Part shown: positions 37,201 through 46,129 of the stretch, one piece after another | How the letters are laid out: every line of letters starts with the position of its first letter | Position numbering within the stretch: position 1 is the stretch's first letter | DNA from: Dehalococcoidia bacterium | GTDB taxonomy: Bacteria; Chloroflexota; Dehalococcoidia; UBA2979 | NCBI GenBank assembly: GCA_965262725.1 | Contig: OZ253555.1 | Location: forward strand, 2,208,001-2,272,000 | Direction: 5' to 3' | Length of the DNA stretch: 64,000 bases | Program-made: the position numbers and the translations under genes | Notes under the pieces: model-generated | Database searches by the model: none | The model's input: the letters and a program-made list of their open reading frames with translations, nothing else | What the model was told of the DNA's origin: nothing

Positions 37201-38360
37201 GCAAGACCCCCGCGTCCCGGCCCGGGGCCGGGGGCACGCGCGTCGACCGCCTCCGTGCGCTGCTCGGCCGCGAGGGACTCGACGCTCTGCTCGTCACGTC
37301 GCCGGTCAACCGCCGCTGGCTCTCGGGCTTCACGGGCTCCGCCGGCACGCTGCTCGTCTCGAGTGGCTCCGCCCTGCTCGGCACCGACTTCCGCTACTGG
37401 GAGCAGGCAGAGGCGGAGGCGCCCTGCTTCGAGCTCGTGCGCGAGGGCGACCGCGGGACCGGCCCTCCGATCGAGCTCCTCGCCGGGCTCGGCGGGCGCG
37501 CCGTGGGCTTCGATCCGTGCGGGATCACCGTCGCGGAGCACGGCGAGTGGACGGGCGCGCTCGCGGAGCTGCTGGTGTCCGAGCGCCCCCGCCTGGTGCC
37601 GGCGCCGGGGCTGGTGGAGGAGCTTCGTCTGGTGAAGGAGCGAGGCGAGGTCGAGGCGCTCGAACGCGCCGCCTCACTCACCGACGCCTGCCTCGAGCAG
37701 GCCGTGGAGCTGGCGGTGCCGGGCACCACCGAGCGCGCGATCGCCTGGTCCATACAGCGCTACGCGATGGAGCACGGGGCCGACGGGCTCTCCTTCGACT
37801 CCATCGTGGCGGCGGGGCCGCACGCCGCGAGGCCGCACGCCCGGCCTCGAGACGTGCCGCTCGAGCGTGGGCAGCCGCTCGTGCTCGATCTCGGCGCTTC
37901 CGTGGACGGCTACTGCTCTGACCTCACGCGGACCATCGTGGTCGGCGGTCCGGACGCGGCCAGTCCGACCTTTCACCGGGTCTACGGCACCGTCCTTGCG
38001 GCGCAGATGCGGGCGCTCGAACGAATCGAGGCGGGGATGACAGGTGCTGAGGCGCACGACGTCGCCGCCTCCGTGATCGCCGAGGCGGGCTACGGGGAGA
38101 ACTTCGGCCACGGCCTCGGGCACGGCGTCGGCGTGGAGGTACACGAATCGCCCCGGCTCCGACCCGCATCGGATCATGTACTCGCCGACGGGCAGGTCAT
38201 GACGGTGGAGCCGGGCATCTACCTCGCGGGCTGGGGCGGAGTCCGCATCGAGGACATGTGCGTGATGGAGGGCGGACGCTTGCGGCCGCTCTCCAAGGCG
38301 GCGAAGCTCGACGGGGGCGCGCCGGGCCGGCGCCCGCGGGCGACGGGAGGCGGCGTGTGA
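37197..38360 (+). CDS. Xaa-Pro aminopeptidase (M24 family)
   Basis: TDFRY, DLGASVDGYCSDLTRT, HGLGHGVG.EVHE, TVEPGIY, GVRIED. Confidence 0.92.
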   Translation: MSKTPASRPGAGGTRVDRLRALLGREGLDALLVTSPVNRRWLSGFTGSAGTLLVSSGSALLGTDFRYWEQAEAEAPCFELVREGDRGTGPPIELLAGLGGRAVGFDPCGITVAEHGEWTGALAELLVSERPRLVPAPGLVEELRLVKERGEVEALERAASLTDACLEQAVELAVPGTTERAIAWSIQRYAMEHGADGLSFDSIVAAGPHAARPHARPRDVPLERGQPLVLDLGASVDGYCSDLTRTIVVGGPDAASPTFHRVYGTVLAAQMRALERIEAGMTGAEAHDVAASVIAEAGYGENFGHGLGHGVGVEVHESPRLRPASDHVLADGQVMTVEPGIYLAGWGGVRIEDMCVMEGGRLRPLSKAAKLDGGAPGRRPRATGGGV

Positions 38361-38920
38361 TCGGGACCGGGGAACTCAAGCGCGGCACCACCGTGGAGAT
38401 CGACGGGTCCCTCTATCAGGTTGTCGACGTCAACCACATCAAGACCAAGAAGTCCGCGGTCTACCGCACCAAGCTCCGCGACCTCCGCGCCGGGCACATC
38501 ATCGAGCGCACGTTCAACGCCAACGAGAAACTCGCTCCCGCGCGCGTCGAGCGCCGGCAAATGCAGTACCTCTACGGCCAGGACGAACTGCACACTTTCA
38601 TGAACACCGAGACCTACGATCAGGTCACCGTCGAGGCGCGCGTGATCGCGGGGGAACTCCCCTACGTGACCGAGGGTGCGATCGTGCAACTGCTGCTCTT
38701 CGGCGACGAGCCGCTCGCGCTCGAGCTCCCGGCCGCCGTCGAGCTCACCATCACCGAGTCCGACCCTGGCGTCAGGGGTGACACGGCGACCGGCGCGACC
38801 AAGCCCGCCACCCTGGAGACGGGGCTCGTGGTCCATGTGCCACTTTTCATCAACCCGGGCGACCGCGTGAAGGTCTCGACCGACGGCGGCCACTACCTCG
38901 AGCGCGTCCAGATCGCCTGA
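38357..38920 (+). CDS. efp: Elongation factor P
   Basis: MQYLY, FMNTETYDQ, PGVRGDTATGATKPATLETG, VPLFI. GTG start overlaps the peptidase stop. Confidence 0.93.
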   Translation: MIGTGELKRGTTVEIDGSLYQVVDVNHIKTKKSAVYRTKLRDLRAGHIIERTFNANEKLAPARVERRQMQYLYGQDELHTFMNTETYDQVTVEARVIAGELPYVTEGAIVQLLLFGDEPLALELPAAVELTITESDPGVRGDTATGATKPATLETGLVVHVPLFINPGDRVKVSTDGGHYLERVQIA

Positions 38921-38999
38921 GGGACGCTGGGCCGCCAGGCGAACGTGATGTGCTGTCGCGACGCCCGCGGAACCGTCCGCCCCTGCGCCGGAGGTTAGC

Positions 39000-40253
39000 G
39001 TGTCCGCGACGCCCGGAGCCCCGCCCCCTCCCCGGGGCAACCCCGAGGCCGTTCCCGTCGCCCGGCTGCTGCACGCGCTCCGCGGCGTGCTGGAGGCGGA
39101 TCAACGCTTCCGGGACGTCTGGGTCTCGGGGGAGGTGCTCAACCTCGTCCACGCGCGGTCGGGCCACATCTACTTCACGCTGACCGAGGGCGGCGCCGCG
39201 CTGCGCTGCGCGTTCTTCCGCAACCGCAACGTCGGGCAGGCCGACCGGCTGAAGGACGGGGCGGCCGTGCTCGCACACGGCTCAGTTTCGCTCTACGAGG
39301 AGCGCGGTGATCTCCAGTTCATCGTCGACTTCGTGCAACCGGCGGGCGCGGGCGCGGCCGCCGCCGAGTTTGAGCGCCGCCGCTCGCGCTTCGAGGCTGA
39401 GGGTCTTTTCGACCCGTCGCGCAAGCGGTCGCTCCCGCGCTTCCCGCGCCGGGTCGCCGTCGTGACGTCGCCGCAGGGCGCGGTCCTCCACGACGTGCGG
39501 ACCGTGCTCGGACGCCGCTGGCCGCTCGCGACGCTCCTCGTGCAGCCGACCTCCGTGCAGGGTGCCGAGGCGGCAGGGGAGATCGCCGCCGCGATCCGCG
39601 CCGCCGCAGAGCCCCGAGGGCGGGACGGCACCAGAATCGCCCCGCCTGAGGTCGTGATCGTCGCGCGTGGCGGGGGCGCCGCGGAGGATCTCTGGGCCTT
39701 CAACGATGAGTCGGTCGTCCGCGCGATCTTCGGATGCCCGGTCCCCGTCGTCTCCGCGGTGGGCCACGAGACCGACGTCACGCTCGCCGACCTCGTCGCT
39801 GATGTGCGTGCCCCGACGCCCTCCGCCGCCGCCGAGCTCGTCGCCCCCGATCGCGACGAGCTCCTGGATCGCGTCGCGCGCGAGCGGGCGAGGCTCGCCA
39901 CGACGCTCCTCGGAGTGCTCGGATTCCATCGCGCGCGCGTCCGCGAGCAGGGAGCGTCGCTTGCACGCGCGCTCCCGGACCGCGACCAGCGCCGCCTTCG
40001 CGTGCGGGCGGTGGCCGATGCGATGGCCCGCCACGTGGAGGCGCGGACCGCCTCCCATCGCGCCGGCGTCGGCCGGTTCGCGGAGCGGATCGCCGCCCTC
40101 TCGCCCCGGGGAACGCTCGGGCGGGGCTATGCGCTCGTCTCGCGCCCGGACGGGAGCGCCGTCGCCGACGCGGCCGACCTCTCCGAGGGAGAGCGCGTGC
40201 TGCTCAGGCTCCGCGACGGCGCCCGCGGCGCGCGTGTAGAGTCTCCTCCGTGA
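39000..40253 (+). CDS. xseA: Exodeoxyribonuclease VII large subunit
   Basis: VWVSGEV, SGHIYFTL, VVTSPQGAV, ARGGGAAEDLWAFNDE, SAVGHETD, APTPSAAAE. Confidence 0.95.
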   Translation: MSATPGAPPPPRGNPEAVPVARLLHALRGVLEADQRFRDVWVSGEVLNLVHARSGHIYFTLTEGGAALRCAFFRNRNVGQADRLKDGAAVLAHGSVSLYEERGDLQFIVDFVQPAGAGAAAAEFERRRSRFEAEGLFDPSRKRSLPRFPRRVAVVTSPQGAVLHDVRTVLGRRWPLATLLVQPTSVQGAEAAGEIAAAIRAAAEPRGRDGTRIAPPEVVIVARGGGAAEDLWAFNDESVVRAIFGCPVPVVSAVGHETDVTLADLVADVRAPTPSAAAELVAPDRDELLDRVARERARLATTLLGVLGFHRARVREQGASLARALPDRDQRRLRVRAVADAMARHVEARTASHRAGVGRFAERIAALSPRGTLGRGYALVSRPDGSAVADAADLSEGERVLLRLRDGARGARVESPP

Positions 40254-40561
40254 GCACCGATGCGCAGGAATCCGCCCCGGCCGCCGAGCACGGCGCGGGG
40301 CCCGACCCGGTTCCGGGCGCTGGCGACGGCGAGCCCTCCTTCGAGGCCCTCTACGAGCGGCTCGATCAGGTCGCCCAGGAACTCGGCGCGGGCGGCCTTT
40401 CTCTCGAGAAGTCGATCGCCCTCTACGAAGAGGGGATGAGACTCGCGGCGAGCTGTGAGCGCCTGCTCGATGGCGTCGAGCAGCGGATCGAGATGCTGCG
40501 CAAGGCCCGGGCGACGGGTGCAGCGGGACCGGGAGAGCCGCCTGGCGGAAGGCTCCTGTGA
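40250..40561 (+). CDS. xseB: Exodeoxyribonuclease VII small subunit
   Basis: SFEALYERL...LSLEKSIALYEEGMRL...EQRI. Confidence 0.92.
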   Translation: MSTDAQESAPAAEHGAGPDPVPGAGDGEPSFEALYERLDQVAQELGAGGLSLEKSIALYEEGMRLAASCERLLDGVEQRIEMLRKARATGAAGPGEPPGGRLL

Positions 40562-40568
40562 GGCGCGC

Positions 40569-41354
40569 GTGACCCTGCGCATCGGCTGGTTCACCACAGG
40601 GCGCGGAGAGGGATCGCGCGGTTTCTACCGCGCCACACGCGACGCGATCGGAGCCGGCGCGCTCTCGGCCGAGATTGCGGTGCTCTTCTGCAACCGCGAC
40701 CCCGGCGAGGTGCCGGCGACCGACGCGCTGCTTGAGGAGGTGCGTGCCGACGGCGTGCCGGTCGTGACGCGTTCCTCGGTGGCGTTCCGCCGGGCGCGCT
40801 GCGGCGAGCGCTCGCGCCCCGGCGAGCCACTCCCGGCCTGGCGCGCCGAGTACGACCGCGCCGTCCACGAGGCGCTGGCGGCGTACCCGTTCGAGGTCGG
40901 CGTGCTCGCCGGCTACATGCTGATCCTCACCGCGGAGTTCGTGGAGCAGCATGTGCTGCTCAACTTCCACCCCGCGCTTCCCACAGGCCCGATCGGCACC
41001 TGGCGCGAGGTGATCCGCGCGCTGATCCGCAGCCGCGCGACGGCGAGCGGCGTGATGATGCACCTCGTCATCCCGGAGGTCGACGCCGGTGCCGTCGCGA
41101 CCTTCTGCCGCTACACGCTGCGCGACGCGGGGCTCGATCCGCTGTGGCGGGAGCTCGAGCCCTCGATCGACGGGGCGACCGACCAGGAGCTGGAGGAGAG
41201 CCCGCTCTTCGGCGCGATTCGGGAGCGCGGCCTCAGGCACGAGGCGCCGCTCCTCGTCGCCACCCTGGGCGCCGTCGCCGACGGCCGCCTCCGCCTCGCG
41301 GGCGGGCGCCTGGAGGGCGCGCCGCTGGAGATCCCCGTGCCGACCCTCCCGTAG
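40569..41354 (+). CDS. PurN-like formyltransferase
   Basis: VLAGYMLIL, LLNFHPALP and HLVIPEVDAG carry the Asn/His/Asp formyltransferase triad. Confidence 0.8.
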   Translation: MTLRIGWFTTGRGEGSRGFYRATRDAIGAGALSAEIAVLFCNRDPGEVPATDALLEEVRADGVPVVTRSSVAFRRARCGERSRPGEPLPAWRAEYDRAVHEALAAYPFEVGVLAGYMLILTAEFVEQHVLLNFHPALPTGPIGTWREVIRALIRSRATASGVMMHLVIPEVDAGAVATFCRYTLRDAGLDPLWRELEPSIDGATDQELEESPLFGAIRERGLRHEAPLLVATLGAVADGRLRLAGGRLEGAPLEIPVPTLP

Positions 41355-41432
41355 GCCGGCGCGGCCCGGCGTCGGGCGCGATTGGGTACGCTGTCGCGAG
41401 GTCGCCCCTGCGGCTGATGAAGGGATCGTACC

Positions 41433-41753
41433 GTGAGCGAGCATCGACCCGTCCCCGCCGCGGCCCGCTTCGGGCGCGCGCTGGCGGCCCTGCCCGCGCG
41501 GGCGCCGGCGGGACGCCGCCGGCGGGCCCTCGCGCGCGCTTGGTGCAGGACCGCGCCGGCCGTCCAGGGCGCGCTCGCCGCCGTCGCTCTGACGCTTGCG
41601 GCCGAGCGCGTGCTGCGCGCTGCGGGGAGTGTCGTGCTCTCGGTTGTCTCCACCGCTCCGCGCGCGCGGCCGGCGGGCAGCCCCGGCACGAGCCGCCGTT
41701 CGCGCACGGTCGTCACCGAGATCACCATCCTCGAGCGGCGCGTCCGTCGATGA
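41433..41753 (+). CDS. Hypothetical protein
   Basis: Fills the gap between purN-like and rluB; has a hydrophobic central stretch and a C-terminal TVVTEITILERRVRR. Confidence 0.45.
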   Translation: MSEHRPVPAAARFGRALAALPARAPAGRRRRALARAWCRTAPAVQGALAAVALTLAAERVLRAAGSVVLSVVSTAPRARPAGSPGTSRRSRTVVTEITILERRVRR

Positions 41754-41820
41754 CCGGCCCGTGACCCGCAGGCGCTCTCCTCCCCCCGTCCCGCCCGCCG
41801 ACCCAGGCGGACGGGGCCCG

Positions 41821-42612
41821 GTGACCGCGGAGCCGCCACCGCAGGCGCCGGTCGACGGCGGGGCGCTCCGGGGCGAGCGCCTGCAGAAGGTCCTCGCCTC
41901 GCGCGGCGTCGCGAGTCGCCGGGCTGCTGAAGTCCTGATCGCGGCGGGACGCGTCACCGTCGACGGCCGCGTCGCGCGCCTCGGCGAGCGGGTCGACGCC
42001 GCGCGCCAGAGCGTCGCGGTCGATGGGCGGGCGATCGCCCGGGCGGCCCCGCCGCCTCGCACCCTGATGCTGAACAAGCCGCCCGGTGTCCTGGTCAGCA
42101 GGCGCGATGAGCATGGGCGGCGCACGGTCTACGATCTCCTGCCGGGGGCACCCCCCGGCCTGCGTTACGCCGGACGCCTCGATCGCGATAGTGAGGGGCT
42201 GCTCCTCCTCACAACGGACGGCAGGCTCGCCTTCCGCCTCGCGCACCCGCGCTACGGCGTCGAGAAGGTCTACGAGGTCACGGTCGACGGCGAGCCGTCA
42301 CCCGCCGCGCTCCAGGCGCTCCGGCGCGGCGTCCTGATCGAGGACGGACCGAGCGCGCCCGCCGGGGCGCGCCTCCTGGGTCGCCCGCGGGGCCCGGAGG
42401 GGCCGCGCCGCTCCCGCGTGCGGCTCGTGCTCCACGAGGGGCGGAAGCGCCAGGTCCGCCGCATGCTCCAGGCGGTCGGCCACCCCGTGAGGCGGCTCGT
42501 GCGCACGCGCGTCGGATCACTTGAGCTCGGAACGCTCCCGCCGGGCGCCGCGAGAGAGCTGACAGACGCCGAGCTCGGGGAGCTCTACGCGCTGGTCGGG
42601 CTCGCCCGCTGA
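41821..42612 (+). CDS. rluB: RsuA/RluB-family pseudouridine synthase
   Basis: S4 domain ERLQKVLASRGVASRRAAE, LNKPPG, GRLDRDSEGLLLLT, EGRKRQVRRM. Start may be 41761. Confidence 0.88.
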   Translation: MTAEPPPQAPVDGGALRGERLQKVLASRGVASRRAAEVLIAAGRVTVDGRVARLGERVDAARQSVAVDGRAIARAAPPPRTLMLNKPPGVLVSRRDEHGRRTVYDLLPGAPPGLRYAGRLDRDSEGLLLLTTDGRLAFRLAHPRYGVEKVYEVTVDGEPSPAALQALRRGVLIEDGPSAPAGARLLGRPRGPEGPRRSRVRLVLHEGRKRQVRRMLQAVGHPVRRLVRTRVGSLELGTLPPGAARELTDAELGELYALVGLAR

Positions 42613-42715
42613 GCGCGCCGGCGCGCCGGCAGCGGCTCTCCTTTGTGGACGGCCCGGCTCAGCCGCCCATATCATCGAACGCCCTGGCGAGAGTGCCCAT
42701 CGATGGGAGCGTTCT

Positions 42716-43459
42716 ATTCCGCCTGATCTCGGCGCGACCGAGTCCCTCAGGAGAAGCATCGCGATCGACGGTCCGCTCGCCTCCGGCAAGAGCGTGGTTG
42801 GGCGCGCCCTCGCCGAGGTTCTCGGTATCGGCTTCTTCGACACCGGGCTGATGTACCGCGCCTGCACGCTCGCCGTCGGCCGCGCCGGCGTCGACGCGGA
42901 GGCGGAGGGCGCCGTCGTCGAGCTCGTGTGCGCGCTTGATCTGGACATGCGGTGGCCCGATCCGGCCACGCCCGAGCTCCTGCTCGCGGGCGAGAACGTC
43001 ACGCCGCTGTTGCGGGATCCGGAGGTCGAGACCGCGGTTTCGCTGGTCTCGCGCATCCCCGACGTGCGAGACGAGATGGTAAAGCGCCAGCGGGCATTCG
43101 CGGCGCGCGCGCCGGTCGTGATGGCGGGCCGGGACATCGGCGCCCGCGTCCTCCGCGAGGCGCGGGCGAAGTTCTTCCTCGATGCATCGACCGAGGTGCG
43201 CGCGCGGCGGCGCCGCGGCGAGGAGCGTGAGGCGGGGCGCGCCAGCTCCTTCGAGGATGTCCTCTCACAGACGAGGCGACGGGACGAGCTCGACCAGACC
43301 GGGCAGCGCACGATTCGCCGCGAGCAGGTGGCGCCCGACGTGCTCATCATCGACACCGACGCGCTTGGCATCGACCAGGTCGTCGCGAGCTGCGTCCACG
43401 CCTACCGCGAGGCGAATGGCGAGGGCGCGGCCGGCCCGAGGCGGGCGGCGACGCAGTGA
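42716..43459 (+). CDS. cmk: Cytidylate kinase
   Basis: The P-loop SIAIDGPLASGKS lies upstream of the first canonical start (42794). FDTGLMYRA, MAGRDIG, RDELD. Probable ATT start at 42716 (or ATC 42758). Confidence 0.9.
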   Translation: MPPDLGATESLRRSIAIDGPLASGKSVVGRALAEVLGIGFFDTGLMYRACTLAVGRAGVDAEAEGAVVELVCALDLDMRWPDPATPELLLAGENVTPLLRDPEVETAVSLVSRIPDVRDEMVKRQRAFAARAPVVMAGRDIGARVLREARAKFFLDASTEVRARRRRGEEREAGRASSFEDVLSQTRRRDELDQTGQRTIRREQVAPDVLIIDTDALGIDQVVASCVHAYREANGEGAAGPRRAATQ

Positions 43460-44265
43460 GCAGTCCGTTCCATGCCCTCCTGCCCCGCATCGCGGCGGGC
43501 CGGCTCTCGCGCTGGGCCTTCCTCGTGGCGACGCTGCTCACGCGCGCGCTCTTCGGTGCCCTCGCCCGCGTCGACGTCCGGCACGGAGAGCGCGTACCGG
43601 ATGAGGGCCCGGTCGTGCTGATCGCCAATCACGTCAACCAGAGCGACCCTCTCATCCTGCTGGCCTACGCGCCGCGGCGGGCGCGTCCCCTGGCGAAGCG
43701 CGAGCTCTTCGAGTTGCCGCTCGTCGGGTGGTACTTCTGGCTCTACGGGGCGATCCCGGTGCGCCGCTACGCCGCCGACATGGGCGCCCTGCGCGCGGCC
43801 AGCGGCTACCTGAGGCGGGGCGAGGCCGTGCTCGTCTTCCCGGAGGGGACGCGTTCCCGCGACGGGCGGCTGCGCCCGGCCTTCCCCGGCGCCGCGACGG
43901 TGGCGCTGCTCTCGGGCGCGCCGCTGCTGCCGGTCGCGGTGAGCGGGACCCGCGGGCTCTCGGCCCGTGGGCTCCTCACCGGCTGGCTGCGCCGCCGGCG
44001 CCCGGAGATCCGCATCGAGTTCGGAGAGCCGCTCGACCCGCGCGCCGCGGCGCGCGCGGCGGCCGACGGCTCCGCAACCATCAAGTCCGGGGCCGTCGCG
44101 GAGGCGACCGACCGCGTCATGCGCGCCCTCGCCTCGCTTCTCGCCGAGGAGGCGCGCGGCGCCTACGCGGAACCCCGCAATGGCGGCGGGCCCGTCATCG
44201 CCCGCTCGCCCCAGCCGCAGCGGGAGAGCTCAGACGTTCCCGGCGGCTCTCCGAGCGGCGGATAG
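43456..44265 (+). CDS. plsC: 1-acyl-sn-glycerol-3-phosphate acyltransferase family
   Basis: NHVNQSD (HX4D), FPEGTRS. Confidence 0.85.
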   Translation: MSSPFHALLPRIAAGRLSRWAFLVATLLTRALFGALARVDVRHGERVPDEGPVVLIANHVNQSDPLILLAYAPRRARPLAKRELFELPLVGWYFWLYGAIPVRRYAADMGALRAASGYLRRGEAVLVFPEGTRSRDGRLRPAFPGAATVALLSGAPLLPVAVSGTRGLSARGLLTGWLRRRRPEIRIEFGEPLDPRAAARAAADGSATIKSGAVAEATDRVMRALASLLAEEARGAYAEPRNGGGPVIARSPQPQRESSDVPGGSPSGG

Positions 44266-44271
44266 ACGGCC

Positions 44272-46113
44272 GTGTGCGGCATCATCGCCTACACCGGAGC
44301 CCGCCCCGCCGGCCCGATCCTGCTCGAGGGCCTGCGCCATCTCGAGTACCGCGGCTACGACTCGGCCGGGATCGCGCTGGCGGTGGAGGGCCCGGAGCTC
44401 CACGTCGAGCGCGCGACCGGGAAGATCGAGGAGCTCGCGCGGCGCGTGCAGGGTCGTCTACCGCGCTCGCGCTGCGGTGTCGGTCACACTCGCTGGGCCA
44501 CGCATGGAGAGCCCTCCGAGCGCAACGCGCACCCCCTCACCGATCCGGAACGGCGCGTCGCGATCGTGCACAACGGCATCGTCGAGAACCACGAGGAGCT
44601 GCGCGCCTGTTTCGGCGACGGCGTGCCCTTCGCCTCCGACACCGACACGGAGGTGCTCGCGCACCTCATCGGGCAGGAGCTCGCGCGTGGCGTTGATGCG
44701 CTCGAGGCCGTGCGGCACGCCGCCGCAAAGGCGCGCGGCGCCTTCTCGGTCGTGGCGATGCCGCGCGACGAGCCGGGGCGGATGATCGCGGCCCGGGTCG
44801 GGAACGCCGGCGGCATCGTGGTTGGCCACGGGGACGGCGAACGGCTCCTCGCCTCCGACCTCGGGGCGCTCCTGCCGCACACCCGGCACGTCACCTTCCT
44901 CGAGCCCGGCGAACTCGCAGACGTCCGCCCGGGGAGCGTGCGCTACGTCGACGCCTCGGGCTCGGAGGTCGCGAAGCCGGTGGAGGAGCAGGCCTTCGAC
45001 CCTGTCGCGCTGGTGAAGGGGCGACACCGGCACTTCCTCGCGAAGGAGCTCCATGAGCAGCCCGACGCGATCCTCGACGTGCTGCGCGGCCGCTACCTCT
45101 TCGATCCGCCCCGCGTCGCGCTCGAGGGGATCCCCTTTAGTGAGGAGCGGGCGCGCGCGCTCCGCCGCGTGGTGCTGGTCGGCATGGGCACCTCGTTCGC
45201 CGCCTGCTCCGTGGGGCGCCACTACATCGAGCGCTTCGCTCGGCTCCCCGCCGAGGTCGACAATGCCTCCGAGTTCCGCTACCGGAGGCCCGTGCTGGAT
45301 CCGGAGACGCTCGTCATCTCCATCTCGCAATCCGGCGAGACCGCCGACACGCTCGCCGCGATGGACGAGGCGCGCCGGGCCGGGTGCCCGCAGATCACGG
45401 TCTGCAACACGCCTGGGGCGCAGGCGACGCGCATCGCCGACGGCACCGTGTACCTGCGCGCCGGGCCCGAGATCTCGGTGGCGAGCACGAAGTGCTTCAC
45501 CTCGTCGATCGTGGCGCTCCACGGCATCGCGCTCCACCTCGGCCGTCTCACCGGGCGGCTCGACGCGGCGCTGGGCGGGGAGCAGGTGCGGGCCGCGCTC
45601 CACCTCCCCGCGGCCGTCGGCGAGGCGCTCGACCTCGAGCCGCAGGTCTCGGGCATCGCCGAGCGCTACGCCCGCTACCAGAACTTCCTCTTCCTGGGGC
45701 GCGGCCTCTCCTACCCGATGGCGATGGAGGGGGCGCTCAAGCTCAAGGAGCTCTCCTACATCCACGCCGAGGGCTACCCCGCCGGCGAGATGAAGCACGG
45801 GCCCATCGCCCTTATCGACGAGTCGATGCCCACCGTGGCGATAGCGCTCCGCGACGAGGTCTTCGACAAGATGCGTTCCAACATCGAGCAGCTGCGCGTG
45901 AGGCGGGGGCCCGTGATCGCGATCGTGTCGGCGGGCGACCGCTCGCTCGACGGCCTCGTCGACGAGCGGATCGAACTCCCCGTCGTCGACCCGCTGCTCT
46001 CGCCTGTCGTCTCCGCCGTCCCGATGCAGCTCCTCGCGTACCACATAGCGCTCGAGCGCGGCGCCGATGTCGATCAGCCGCGCAACCTCGCCAAGACGGT
46101 GACGGTCGAGTAG
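44272..46113 (+). CDS. glmS: Glutamine--fructose-6-phosphate aminotransferase
   Basis: MCGII, LEYRGYDSAG, GHTRWATHG, SQSGETADT, PRNLAKTVTVE. Confidence 0.97.
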   Translation: MCGIIAYTGARPAGPILLEGLRHLEYRGYDSAGIALAVEGPELHVERATGKIEELARRVQGRLPRSRCGVGHTRWATHGEPSERNAHPLTDPERRVAIVHNGIVENHEELRACFGDGVPFASDTDTEVLAHLIGQELARGVDALEAVRHAAAKARGAFSVVAMPRDEPGRMIAARVGNAGGIVVGHGDGERLLASDLGALLPHTRHVTFLEPGELADVRPGSVRYVDASGSEVAKPVEEQAFDPVALVKGRHRHFLAKELHEQPDAILDVLRGRYLFDPPRVALEGIPFSEERARALRRVVLVGMGTSFAACSVGRHYIERFARLPAEVDNASEFRYRRPVLDPETLVISISQSGETADTLAAMDEARRAGCPQITVCNTPGAQATRIADGTVYLRAGPEISVASTKCFTSSIVALHGIALHLGRLTGRLDAALGGEQVRAALHLPAAVGEALDLEPQVSGIAERYARYQNFLFLGRGLSYPMAMEGALKLKELSYIHAEGYPAGEMKHGPIALIDESMPTVAIALRDEVFDKMRSNIEQLRVRRGPVIAIVSAGDRSLDGLVDERIELPVVDPLLSPVVSAVPMQLLAYHIALERGADVDQPRNLAKTVTVE

Positions 46114-46129
46114 GAGGCGGAGACCGGGC

